DNA of 57,457 nucleotides from sequence record ON113172.1. One strand, given 5' to 3'. The DNA comes from Enterococcus phage vB_OCPT_SDS2. The notes beneath the pieces were generated by a model. That model saw nothing but the letters and a program-made list of their open reading frames with translations, made no database searches and was not told where the DNA came from. Positions 36,480 through 45,314 of this stretch are shown here, piece after piece (within the stretch, counting starts at the first letter, position 1; each line of letters begins with the position of its first letter). Position numbers and translations under genes: made by a program.

Positions 36480-37200
36480 AGCTGCTCTAATCGAAAGGAG
36501 GTGATTCTTTATGAAAGAGGTTTTTAGAAGAGCTGATAAACAGCCAATGCCACGGAGCGGAATCGAACCGCTTCTCTAAGCTTCTCCATGAGCGTGGCCG
36601 CTGGTAGCCAACTCCAGCTTCCGAAGACTTCACTAGGGAGCTACTCTGGACTTCTTGGCTAATGCGCTGTTGGTGACCTCCCTACAGGCCTTGGTTAACA
36701 GCGTGCATTAATGTTCAACCCTTTCATAAGGTGGCTGGACACCTTGTCGTACGACGCTCTCCTAAGTGGATTACTCCACCATGGGTAATGTTTTGGCCAA
36801 GGCGCTTACCTCGCCTTCCATCACGAGTGTAGCTAGTTTTAGCTGAGGACTGCTACTGCCCTCCTATGAATCACATGTAGCTCCGCTCCTAGTCGTTAAG
36901 CACGCTACGGAATAAGCTTTACAGCAAAGGATTATTGAGCGTTCCCTTTACCAACCCTCCATGGTACACTTCCAGACGCTGTCCGAAGTGCTTTTCGGGA
37001 AGTATGTAAGGCGCCAGTAGAGGATTCGAACCTCTTTCCCAATCAGCCTCCGACAAGCGCTATAGGAAGACTGTTGTGCATTAACCTAAACTATGCTAAC
37101 TGACTGGTTAGGGATGTCGGGCGAGGCTTTGGTGAGTAGCTAGCTCTCCTTTGCAGTCGGGGACTTCCCTTATGTAACAGCAGATAAGAAATCCATCTTA
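36480..37200 (-). other. ORF-free, GC-elevated structured region. It has two tRNA-like T-arm/acceptor modules with minus-strand 3' ends near 36548 and 37010, a D-arm-like hairpin GCTGG-AGTTGGCTA-CCAGC, and many nested hairpins. No complete cloverleaf could be resolved by hand.
   Basis: - Plus-strand GGAATCGAACC at 36561-36571.
- Plus-strand GGATTCGAACC at 37022-37032, which is the reverse complement of GGTTCGA(A/T)TCC.
- Acceptor-like 3' strands follow each T-arm.
- The canonical D-loop sequence AGUUGG is present. Confidence 0.35.
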
Positions 37201-37214
37201 CCTACTTTATGGAA

Positions 37215-37340
37215 TTATTTACGTTTACTTTTGGCACGCATTTTAGCAAGGCGCTCCATCTTCTTCTTAGCAGCTTCCTGCTCAGCTTTCACAATGGCAC
37301 GGTTCCAAGCTTTCTCACTTTTCATACTTTCAGTAGTCAT
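37215..37340 (-). CDS. 41-aa lysine-rich basic protein (MTTESMKSEKAWNRAIVKAEQEAAKKKMERLAKMRAKSKRK)
   Basis: GGAGG RBS 8 nt upstream. The longer track ORF (to 37490) overlaps the tRNA and was rejected. Confidence 0.45.
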   Translation of the reverse strand: MTTESMKSEKAWNRAIVKAEQEAAKKKMERLAKMRAKSKRK

Positions 37341-37369
37341 TCCACAAACCTCCATAAGACTTATTTGAA

Positions 37370-37440
37370 CACGCTGTGAAGGAGTCGAACCCTCTCTAAT
37401 GGTTTTGGAGACCATTGTGCAGCCGTTACACTTACAACGC
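37370..37440 (-). tRNA. trnW: tRNA-Trp (anticodon CCA), 71 nt, CCA not encoded
   Basis: Hand-folded:
- 7-bp acceptor stem (GCGUUGU/ACAGCGU, 2 G.U).
- D-stem GUGU/GCAC with GG in the loop.
- Anticodon stem AUGGU/ACCAU, loop CU-CCA-AA.
- T-stem GAGGG/CCUUC with loop TTCGACT.
- Discriminator G. Confidence 0.65.
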
Positions 37441-37678
37441 ATGAACGAGGCAGTCGTCACCGCCTCTGCTACGCCCTCTCCTGCCCTCAAGGGTGGGTAC
37501 TCCTGCTATTGTTTTTACTGCCTATTACAGCAGCCCACAGGCGGGAGCAATCTGTAGCCCTAGACCGCTATAGCCGAGAAGCATCTCGAACTATGTTACG
37601 ACAAACCGTAGTAATGCCGCCTTACATATAATACTATAGCATATTTTAAAGCCTTTGTCAAGCGTTTTTGAACACTTT

Positions 37679-37879
37679 TTAAGCTTCTTTTATTTTAGCG
37701 AAGTTGAAACCCATTTGGATTAGCTTCTGGTTACCGTGTTCATCTATGATAAAGGCATGGCGAGGCTTTGAGGTAAGCTGTACAACAGTGTATGTATTGC
37801 CGTTGATAACAGTTCCTGCCCCGCAGAGTTGTCCTTGATACATTACTGTGTCGCCTAACTTAAACTTTGAGTAATCCAT
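37679..37879 (-). CDS. hypothetical protein
   Basis: 66 aa. Confidence 0.4.
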   Translation of the reverse strand: MDYSKFKLGDTVMYQGQLCGAGTVINGNTYTVVQLTSKPRHAFIIDEHGNQKLIQMGFNFAKIKEA

Positions 37880-38265
37880 TAGTATCCTTTAAAGAAGTAA
37901 TGAAGGTCGTGTTGGAATACCGACTCACTAGATTCCCACTCAACGTCTTCTACGACTCCTGTGTCAATAGCTACTTGCAAGTCTTCTGGAATAGCTTCAT
38001 ATACAAGCGTTCCTTCCATCAAGGTGTTCGGATTGAAGATTGTAATTAATACTTTTACCGACTTAGCCGTGGCCATTTCATTATGGAGTATTTCGTAAGA
38101 AGCGTTCCACAAAGTTTCTGCAATTGCCTCGTCGTAAAGCTGACTTAATGGAAAGTCGTCTTGGTAAAATGTGTCTGAAAAGGTAATTGCTAAAGGATGT
38201 ATGGGAACCTCTTGCATATCAAAAGGCATTGCAATTACTTTCGTGAAGAACTCTAATCTATCCAT
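37879..38265 (-). CDS. hypothetical protein
   Basis: 128 aa. Confidence 0.45.
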   Translation of the reverse strand: MDRLEFFTKVIAMPFDMQEVPIHPLAITFSDTFYQDDFPLSQLYDEAIAETLWNASYEILHNEMATAKSVKVLITIFNPNTLMEGTLVYEAIPEDLQVAIDTGVVEDVEWESSESVFQHDLHYFFKGY

Positions 38266-38267
38266 GG

Positions 38268-38702
38268 CTACTTGCCTCGTTTCTTCTTGGCCTTTTCAAA
38301 GTCAATTACTTCGGCTTGTGCAACCTTTTCTTCGTAAGCTTCTTTGCGAGCTTTCTCAGCAGATTCCGCAAAGTTCTTAATGGAGTTGTTGATTGACTCT
38401 AACTGAGCTTCTGATAACAAGTGCTTATACTTAGTTACAAGAACTTCTGAATCCGTGTATAAAGAGTCTAGCAACATTTCGTCGCCCCAGTCTTCACCAT
38501 TGCTTTCAGCAGATTCCATCAAGCGGTTAAGAACGAACATATTCTCAGCGATTTTAGTAATCTTCTCTAAGCGTTCTTTACCTTGGAATCCAGCCGATAG
38601 AGAGCCGATGAAAGTGTTTGTCATAACGACTGTCTGTAATAGGCGGAAGTAATCCTCTTCTGTAAACTTAATTGGATTCACTTTTGGTGTGTCTTTCTTC
38701 AT
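38268..38702 (-). CDS. hypothetical protein
   Basis: 144 aa. Confidence 0.45.
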   Translation of the reverse strand: MKKDTPKVNPIKFTEEDYFRLLQTVVMTNTFIGSLSAGFQGKERLEKITKIAENMFVLNRLMESAESNGEDWGDEMLLDSLYTDSEVLVTKYKHLLSEAQLESINNSIKNFAESAEKARKEAYEEKVAQAEVIDFEKAKKKRGK

Positions 38703-38754
38703 GCTTTATGTCCTCCCTATAATAGGAGAGAGGCCGAAGCCCCTCGTATGGTTT

Positions 38755-39615
38755 TTAGAAATCGATTCCTGAAGGGTCTACTGTACAAACTTCATCAGCG
38801 CCATTGTTAGTGGCAGCTGGTGCAGCTGTAGGTAAGTTTGGTAAACGAGTTGTGTCGAAACCAATTTTCTTCAAGTCTTCAATTTGGCGTTCAACAGAGC
38901 TTTCAAAGATTGCGTTCTCGAAATCTTCTTCAGGGACTGTAGCGCCTTCTGTAGCTTTGAACACTTCTAATTCTTCAGGCGTTAAGTCTTCGTCGTCTAA
39001 AGGTGTGAAAGTGTAACGGTTAGCCGCTTCGCAAGTAATCTCGAAGGCTTTCTTAGGGAATTTCTTAGCGTTAGTTTCTTTTGATAAGAAGTTCGTTAAG
39101 GCGTCAATGTTGGCATTGTCACGGCCTAAGTTAGTTTCTAATAAGATTGGCTCGCCAGCAGGGTAAGTGTTAGTTTTCTTAGTTCCTTGCGTGAAGTCTG
39201 CTAAAGGAATTACACCGAATAAGATAAGTGGTTTTGGAGTTAAGATACGAGCTGCTTTATAAGAGTCTTTATCAGCTTGTGAACCACGTTCGATTTCCCC
39301 TGATTCAACTTTAGCACGGTGGTCTGCTAACATGATTTCAGTTGCTTCATGATACAAGTCACGCACGTCTGTACGTCCTTCTGCATGGTATGATAATGTT
39401 GGTAACACTTGCGGTTCAAACACTGAAACGACTTGGTTAACGTGTAAGTTTTCTAAAGTATCTACAGGAATGCGTGCACGAATGCTTTGACCTTTTTTAA
39501 GATAAGTCTTTTTAGACTGCTCTCCTGAACCTTTTGATTGTGCTTGTGCTGCCTGTGCGATTGCTTCTAAACCTTTAGCCATAATTAATTTCCTCCTAAT
39601 AAGTTCTTTATTCAT
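38755..39615 (-). CDS. putative ssDNA-binding / annealing protein (SSB-like acidic C-terminal tip ..DPSGIDF)
   Basis: 286 aa. The C-terminal acidic D-(I/F)-x-F tip resembles SSB interaction tails. It has its own TTGACT-N17-TATACT promoter at about 39645-39673. Confidence 0.3.
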   Translation of the reverse strand: MNKELIRRKLIMAKGLEAIAQAAQAQSKGSGEQSKKTYLKKGQSIRARIPVDTLENLHVNQVVSVFEPQVLPTLSYHAEGRTDVRDLYHEATEIMLADHRAKVESGEIERGSQADKDSYKAARILTPKPLILFGVIPLADFTQGTKKTNTYPAGEPILLETNLGRDNANIDALTNFLSKETNAKKFPKKAFEITCEAANRYTFTPLDDEDLTPEELEVFKATEGATVPEEDFENAIFESSVERQIEDLKKIGFDTTRLPNLPTAAPAATNNGADEVCTVDPSGIDF

Positions 39616-39760
39616 CTTTACTACTTCATTAGTATAGCATATTATAAAGTATAAGTCAAGCCTTTTTGAACATTTGTTAAAGTTTATTATTACAGTTTTG
39701 TTACAATTGTTTCAACAACCTTACAATTAACGACTCCACAAAAGTTCTTGTGTAAAATCG

Positions 39761-39789
39761 CTTGACAAAAAATGGTAATTTTAGTATAC
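39761..39789 (+). promoter_or_regulatory. plus-strand promoter TTGACA-N17-TATACT driving an ORF-less transcript
   Basis: Read directly. Confidence 0.55.
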
Positions 39790-39795
39790 TGGTCT

Positions 39796-40010
39796 TAGGG
39801 GTCTTAAAGAGAGAAATAGAAGTTTACTAAAGAGTTTCACAACCGACTTTAGGAGGTTGTAGCTGAGTGTTAACGAAGCTGCTCTTGAACTTAAAGACCG
39901 TAAGGTCTTATGGTTTAAGGATAGCTATAGCATATAGTATAGGGGAAAGGCGTTCGGAAAGTTCCCTCACAGCCTAAAGACTCCTTTCAGTCGCCTTTGA
40001 AACTTTTTCG
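39796..40010 (+). ncRNA. candidate small RNA of about 210 nt. It runs from the promoter to a long hairpin (AAAGGCG...CGCCTTT) followed by a T-run. It contains a perfect hairpin AAGACC-GUAA-GGUCUU.
   Basis: There is no ATG ORF. The only candidate is a GTG-initiated 36 codons after a GGAGG. Confidence 0.3.
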
Positions 40011-40031
40011 TGAGAGCTGTTAAAAAAGGTA

Positions 40032-40060
40032 TTGACATTCCATCGAATACGTGATATGAT
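40032..40060 (+). promoter_or_regulatory. promoter TTGACA-N17-TATGAT for the 40060-41160 plus-strand module
   Basis: Read directly. Confidence 0.55.
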
Positions 40061-40296
40061 TGGTTCATCAAATAGTTAAGGGAGAGGTTATTATGAAAAC
40101 TTTGTATAAACGACAGGGAAGAGCTGTTGTAGGTTTTAATGAAAGCACAGGGGAAATGGTCAAGTATGAAAAGTCCTCTGACGCAGTGTTAGATGGATTC
40201 CATCAATCAGCAATTAGTGACTGCTGCTTAAAAAGAAGAGGTAAGCATAAGGGATTCGTTTGGAAGTATTTAGACGAGCACGAGGAGGGCATTTAA
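40060..40296 (+). CDS. free-standing NUMOD1/IENR-like DNA-binding protein, i.e. a homing-endonuclease DNA-binding module without a nuclease domain
   Basis: The K(S)SDAVLDGFHQSAISDCCLKRRGKHKGFVWKY pattern matches the C-terminal repeats of the HNH enzymes at 8302 and 22668. Confidence 0.5.
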   Translation: MVHQIVKGEVIMKTLYKRQGRAVVGFNESTGEMVKYEKSSDAVLDGFHQSAISDCCLKRRGKHKGFVWKYLDEHEEGI

Positions 40297-40297
40297 G

Positions 40298-40726
40298 ATG
40301 GCATGGATTAGAACTAAAGAGAACAAGCTTTATAAAGACGCCGAGGGGAACAAGGTTGATACAAAGGATTGGCAAAACGCTCCAGTAGAACTTTGGAATA
40401 CTACTACCTTTATGGAGTATGTTGCATACCTTAATCAACAGAAGTTTGGGAAGGTTCCTGTCAACGCTTCCCTACAGACTTTGAGAGCAATCATGAAGAA
40501 GGATATTGAACGCTTCGGTGCAGAAGCCTTGAAGATATTCTTAGAGATGGCCATTAAAGACTATCATGGAAACTCACGTTACCCAACGCTTTCTTACAGC
40601 CAAGCTAGACTTCTTTACATGGAGCGATTCATGAGCGTAGCTTTAGAAAAAGCTGAGCAGAAAGCAGTATCAGAGGCTACTCCACAAACTGAGTACGCCT
40701 TAGAGGAGGTTGTTGACTTATTTTAA
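40298..40726 (+). CDS. hypothetical protein
   Basis: 142 aa. Confidence 0.45.
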   Translation: MAWIRTKENKLYKDAEGNKVDTKDWQNAPVELWNTTTFMEYVAYLNQQKFGKVPVNASLQTLRAIMKKDIERFGAEALKIFLEMAIKDYHGNSRYPTLSYSQARLLYMERFMSVALEKAEQKAVSEATPQTEYALEEVVDLF

Positions 40727-40884
40727 ACTACCGTAATGATAACTTCATAAAGCTAGACGTACCACATGTCTATCTAAGAGACACTGACAACTGCTCTAAG
40801 ATAACCATTGAAAGTAGCTTACCGAAAGACCCTTTTGAAGTAACTGTTAGCTTACCTAAAGAACCTTCTGGCATAACCGCAGGA

Positions 40885-41160
40885 GTGATTCCAGCATCGC
40901 TTATCGAAGGGGATTTAGACGAGTATTATAAGAACTATGGTAGTGATATTACTAAGCAGTTAAATGCCTTGGCAAAGCTTAAAGAAGCTTCCCATAAGCG
41001 TGCTGTGGAATCCATTAACAAGGAGAAGGTGGCCGAGGTTGTCCTGTTTTTGAATAGCCGTTTGGAATTCTACAAGGATGATGAGTCAGACTTTTGTAAA
41101 GGCATGGCACTAGCTTTTGAAGTAGCTTTAGATAATCTTAAAGAATGCTTTGAGATGTAA
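40885..41160 (+). CDS. hypothetical protein
   Basis: 91 aa. Confidence 0.4.
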   Translation: MIPASLIEGDLDEYYKNYGSDITKQLNALAKLKEASHKRAVESINKEKVAEVVLFLNSRLEFYKDDESDFCKGMALAFEVALDNLKECFEM

Positions 41161-41208
41161 TATAAAAAGCCCTTTGGAGTAACCTTCCAAGGGGCTTTTC
41201 TTATAGGC

Positions 41209-41928
41209 TTATAACTTAACTTGTGGGTAAGCTTTCTCCATCATTGCCAATCCAAAGTTATCGTAGTTATAGGTTGTTACATTAGTGTTTCCACCATAGC
41301 GTTTGATAAGGTCGTTAGCCTCGTTTACATAAGTCATTGTTGGAAGGTAGATACGTTTGCCTCCGATTACGAACCATTGCTCAGTGTTACCTGCTTTAGT
41401 CTTCTTGTAGTAAATAAACATAATGTCATCGTCTCCTTTAAATTGTCCTAGATTTGGTTTACTTTCAGGCTTTGGTTTAGGTGCTGGAGCAGGCTTTTGC
41501 GCCGCTTCATAAGGTGGTCGGATAACTCCCCAGACACCATCCATATTGTGGTGGATAGGAGCTGCTGGACTGCCTACTTCAAGGCTTGGGTTATTCCAAT
41601 TCTGGTCGACACTGACAAAGGTTCCGTCAGCTCTTCCGTCCTCCGTTGCGATAGCTGTGTGGCCGTATTGAGCATAGTATCCTAAGCCCCATACAAGAAC
41701 GTCTCCAGCTTTAATTTGTGTAGAGCTTGTGGTACGGATTCTTTGGAAGCCAGCTGGTAAAGGCTGGTCAACTAAAGCAATCGCATTGCCATACGGACGC
41801 CATCCGAAGAAGCGTTGCATAACGTCTACTGTCAAGTCCATACATTGCGTGCCATACCAACCGTCAGCGTCTACACCTTTGCCGACAAGTCCGTTGACAT
41901 AGCTTACTACATCGTTTACTTTAACCAT
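41209..41928 (-). CDS. endolysin: N-terminal CHAP peptidase domain, Pro/Ala/Lys linker, C-terminal cell-wall-binding domain
   Basis: Catalytic Cys is in GTQCMD and catalytic His is in YGHTAIA. The linker is PAPAPKPKPESKP. Confidence 0.8.
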   Translation of the reverse strand: MVKVNDVVSYVNGLVGKGVDADGWYGTQCMDLTVDVMQRFFGWRPYGNAIALVDQPLPAGFQRIRTTSSTQIKAGDVLVWGLGYYAQYGHTAIATEDGRADGTFVSVDQNWNNPSLEVGSPAAPIHHNMDGVWGVIRPPYEAAQKPAPAPKPKPESKPNLGQFKGDDDIMFIYYKKTKAGNTEQWFVIGGKRIYLPTMTYVNEANDLIKRYGGNTNVTTYNYDNFGLAMMEKAYPQVKL

Positions 41929-41974
41929 GTATGAATCTCCTTTCTAATATTATTCCCACAACCCACCCAAAGCT

Positions 41975-42262
41975 TTATAGCAAGTCTGCTAAAAGTGCTT
42001 CTAACTTAGCAAGTCTTTCTGCCATCTCTTCCTTAGAAGGTTCAGGAGGCTTGTTAGCTTCCTCTTCTAAGAACTTCTGAAAGTCATTGTTAGTGTCTCT
42101 ATATACTTTCTCACCATCATAGTAGTAGTTGTGGAAATCAAGCATTCCACCAAGCATTTCTAAAGACTCTGAAGGGTCAATCTCCACACACTTGTAACCT
42201 TCCATAGGCTCTGTAGTGTAGCCTGTTAAGAATCCTATCTTATCCTCAATCCAAACTCTCAT
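41975..42262 (-). CDS. hypothetical protein (start MRVWIEDK with GGAGG RBS)
   Basis: No TM, so it is not an obvious holin. Confidence 0.4.
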   Translation of the reverse strand: MRVWIEDKIGFLTGYTTEPMEGYKCVEIDPSESLEMLGGMLDFHNYYYDGEKVYRDTNNDFQKFLEEEANKPPEPSKEEMAERLAKLEALLADLL

Positions 42263-42275
42263 AATAATCCCTCCT

Positions 42276-45200
42276 TTAAACTGAAAATACGCTGGTAAGA
42301 ACCCATTTAGCTCCATTACCAGTACCGTTATTGACTGTACCTGTTATAGAGTCATTAGATACGTATACATATTTATACACAGTATCATCTGCTCCTCCAC
42401 CTTTACCTGCGCCTTGTAGCCGCATATTAATACCTTTACCATTGTTAAAGTTAGCATGAGCTTTAGGAACTAAATAGTAAGTATAGTCCCATGTATAAGG
42501 CTTACCACCAGTAGTATCGTAAGGTTGCCATAAGAACAGCCATCCAATAGCGCATTTGTTCATTGTCAATGATGGTACAATTCTATCAGTGTTAGTTACC
42601 CATGAATTTCCGGGGTAAATCTTCTTGCCAGTGTTAGAGAACTGCATTAGCAACTCGGCTGATAAGTAACCACTATTTCCTAAAGAATCTTGAATAGATA
42701 ATCCATCTGAAGCAAGAGATGAAAACGAGTTAATAGTACCGTCTAGGTTAAGTAGCTGATTTTGAATACCTCTTGCATGAAGTATTGACCAACCTTTTTG
42801 ACCAGTTTCTGAAACGCTGTAGTCAATTTTAACCTGCGCTCTTTCCATAACAGTTTGACCAGCTAGTGTATATCCTTCTGAGCCTATTTCAAATGGGTTA
42901 GTAATCTTAGAACCGATTATGTCAATACCTTGGATAGTACCAGCTTTGATTTGGCTTGCGTCAATGTTTGTTACATTGATTTTAGAAGCGTCGATTACTC
43001 CAGCAGTTAGCTTAGTTGCTGACAAGTCGCTAATCATAGCATCTGTAATAACAGCGTCCTCAATGTAAGTCTTACCTGTAATCTGAACCTTCGCACCGTC
43101 GATTATAATGCCTTCTGTGGAAACGTTAATCTGATTGATAACATCGTTTTTCTCAACTCGTAAGTTAATCTGGTCTTGAAGCTGTGTGATTTGACTCTTA
43201 TCAGCTTTGTCACCAACTGTCAACTGGATTTCATCAACCGTCTGTGATATTTGGCTATAGCTTGTTTCCAATCCATCTGTCTTAGTTACTAAGGAAGTGA
43301 TTTCTCCATTGATGTTCGTAATGCTTGCGATAGCGTCTTCGGGAGCTGGTTGCCAGTCTCCTATCTTATCGCCTTCTACAAGGTATACCTCTGAAAAGTC
43401 AAAGTTATCGCCGTTCTTAACTTCTCCTACGACTCCTTGATAGATTAAAAGCGCGTTTCCGACAACTCCTGTAGTAGTGAAGTTTGCGTAGGCTACTCCC
43501 TCTTCCTTACCTTCAGTTTGAACAGTTACTAAATTAGACGCCCAAGCATTGTTAGAAGCGTTACGCACTCCAACTGTAATCCCTCTAGGAAGAGTTCCTG
43601 AAGTAAGCTTATATTTAAAACCTAACTTATAATTGGTAGAAAGTTTAGTTTCAATAGCTAATGGAATATTTTTATGCCGAGAGGTAGTGTTAGGAGCTCT
43701 ATCAGGAGTGGTAATCTTCTGAGAGTTTAGCGCAAGGTTACGGCCACTAATCATAAGGTTGTTGTATCTGTCCAAAGCTTCTTGAGCAGCCGTCTTAGCA
43801 GTGTCAGCATCAGCTACAGCTTGGTTAGCCTTATCAAGAGATTCCTCAGCGTCTTTCTTAGCAGCTTGAGCAGCTTCCTCTGCTTGGAATGCCTTCTCAG
43901 TATCCATTGAAAGCTTCCATACTTTCTCAACACCATCCCAAACTTTAATCTCATGGATTGTTTGACCAGCTTCGTTAACACGTGTAGAGAACCATGTATC
44001 GCCGTCAATAGGATTTGGCTTAGGTGTGTCTCCAATGCTTATGGAGTTCTTTCCTTTAAGGTCTGTTATGATTCCTGCCTGACCTTCTTCAAGCTTACTG
44101 ATTTGTTCTCTAGTGCTTTCAATAATAACTGTGTTAGAGCCTACTTGGTCTTTAAGGTCGTTCAAAGCGTCTCGGATACCTGCAATGTCAGAGGTGTCGT
44201 AAGTGTCTATTTCACGGAAGTTTGTAAAGGTTACTTCATCAAGGCTTGGGTCGTCTTCGTGATAAATGTATTCAATAACACGTGCTTCCAATCCAATTTC
44301 ACGAGAGCCTACACGCTCTTTCATCCAAACGGTATCGCCAAGTGCTAAGGTTTCCCCTTCCCATCCTTGGACACGATTAAGGAGGATTACATTAACAGTG
44401 TAAGTATAGATTGGAGCAATGTGTTTTAAAAGCTCTTCTACACCTTGTCGATATACTTGCTCAGGATTTGTTGATGAAGCTTTGAAAGGCATTGCTTTGA
44501 AGAAGAAAGGTTCGTCATAGTCTGCATGAGCTTGATTGTGGACTACCAAAGGGCTTTCCTTATCTTTGGTAATGCCTTCGATAGGGTTAACAGGAACCAT
44601 TCCTTTAAGCGTCCATACTTTTCCATCAACTCCTGTGTAGTAAGGTAGGATGGCTGTTTTGATTGTATCGTACTGCACGTCACGAGTGATTCCCAAAACG
44701 TCTCTGTCATAGGTGAAGTAACGGCCTGTTTGAAGACCTCTGTTTTTATACACTTTGACAATCCGTTTAGTTTGGTTGAAGGCTGTTCTCTCAGCTGTAA
44801 ATTTAAAGTCTACGTCATACGTCTTCTGAATGTTTCCAAACACTTCTCGCATGTTCGTATACTCAGCTAGTATGAAAGGCTCTTCTCCTTCTTGCCAAGT
44901 GTCTGCGGCATACTCAACTCCCCAGCCAGTTCCTTGCACGGCTTTTGTTAAAGTGTCTCCTAAGTTGTGCCCATTGAAAGGATAGATTACAGTGTCATTC
45001 ATTTCGCTAATTGAGAAGTCTTCACACTCCACTAGAATACGTGAGTCAACTTCTTGGAAAACCTCTTCCGTATGAATGATATTAAACTGTCTTAAATCTC
45101 CGTCCTTATCCTTTACTAATACTTTATTCAAGCCTTTTAGATACTGGCTTTCGTCACAGTCTAAAGGAACAGAGAAAGAGAACGTTGATACCAACGTCTC

Positions 45201-45302
45201 TATATTCTCCGTCAAAGTAGGCTCAAAGTATGGTACTCCTTCGCTAACGTTGTTGACAAAGTGTGCTACTGTTTGTCCGTTTGCGTTTAATACTGTAATC
45301 AT
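42276..45302 (-). CDS. tail-associated protein / tail fibre (Tal-like, 1008 aa), with a central coiled coil and a C-terminal beta-rich region
   Basis: Position after the distal tail protein. Size and composition are consistent. Confidence 0.55.
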   Translation of the reverse strand: MITVLNANGQTVAHFVNNVSEGVPYFEPTLTENIETLVSTFSFSVPLDCDESQYLKGLNKVLVKDKDGDLRQFNIIHTEEVFQEVDSRILVECEDFSISEMNDTVIYPFNGHNLGDTLTKAVQGTGWGVEYAADTWQEGEEPFILAEYTNMREVFGNIQKTYDVDFKFTAERTAFNQTKRIVKVYKNRGLQTGRYFTYDRDVLGITRDVQYDTIKTAILPYYTGVDGKVWTLKGMVPVNPIEGITKDKESPLVVHNQAHADYDEPFFFKAMPFKASSTNPEQVYRQGVEELLKHIAPIYTYTVNVILLNRVQGWEGETLALGDTVWMKERVGSREIGLEARVIEYIYHEDDPSLDEVTFTNFREIDTYDTSDIAGIRDALNDLKDQVGSNTVIIESTREQISKLEEGQAGIITDLKGKNSISIGDTPKPNPIDGDTWFSTRVNEAGQTIHEIKVWDGVEKVWKLSMDTEKAFQAEEAAQAAKKDAEESLDKANQAVADADTAKTAAQEALDRYNNLMISGRNLALNSQKITTPDRAPNTTSRHKNIPLAIETKLSTNYKLGFKYKLTSGTLPRGITVGVRNASNNAWASNLVTVQTEGKEEGVAYANFTTTGVVGNALLIYQGVVGEVKNGDNFDFSEVYLVEGDKIGDWQPAPEDAIASITNINGEITSLVTKTDGLETSYSQISQTVDEIQLTVGDKADKSQITQLQDQINLRVEKNDVINQINVSTEGIIIDGAKVQITGKTYIEDAVITDAMISDLSATKLTAGVIDASKINVTNIDASQIKAGTIQGIDIIGSKITNPFEIGSEGYTLAGQTVMERAQVKIDYSVSETGQKGWSILHARGIQNQLLNLDGTINSFSSLASDGLSIQDSLGNSGYLSAELLMQFSNTGKKIYPGNSWVTNTDRIVPSLTMNKCAIGWLFLWQPYDTTGGKPYTWDYTYYLVPKAHANFNNGKGINMRLQGAGKGGGADDTVYKYVYVSNDSITGTVNNGTGNGAKWVLTSVFSV

Positions 45303-45314
45303 ACTTTTTCCTCC

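Noticed and set aside
36480-37200. tmRNA or group I intron interpretation of the structured block
   Set aside because: There is no G3.U70 alanine-identity acceptor pair and no tag-peptide reading frame ending ..LAA, so tmRNA is unlikely. There is no convincing P7 (GACUA/UAGUC) pairing and no interrupted gene, so group I is unlikely. It is left as an unexplained structured RNA-like region.
37215-37490. 91-aa ORF as given in the track
   Set aside because: Its N-terminal 50 codons run straight through the tRNA-Trp gene. Only the C-terminal 41 codons are kept, because they have their own GGAGG RBS.
43953-44348. Antisense and shadow ORFs inside the large tail genes. The same applies to 45076..45378, 47900..48151, 48629..48874, 49614..49799, 50813..51073 and 51371..51978.
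   Set aside because: They are embedded on the opposite strand or in alternate frames of long, well-supported genes. They have no RBS and have low-complexity composition.
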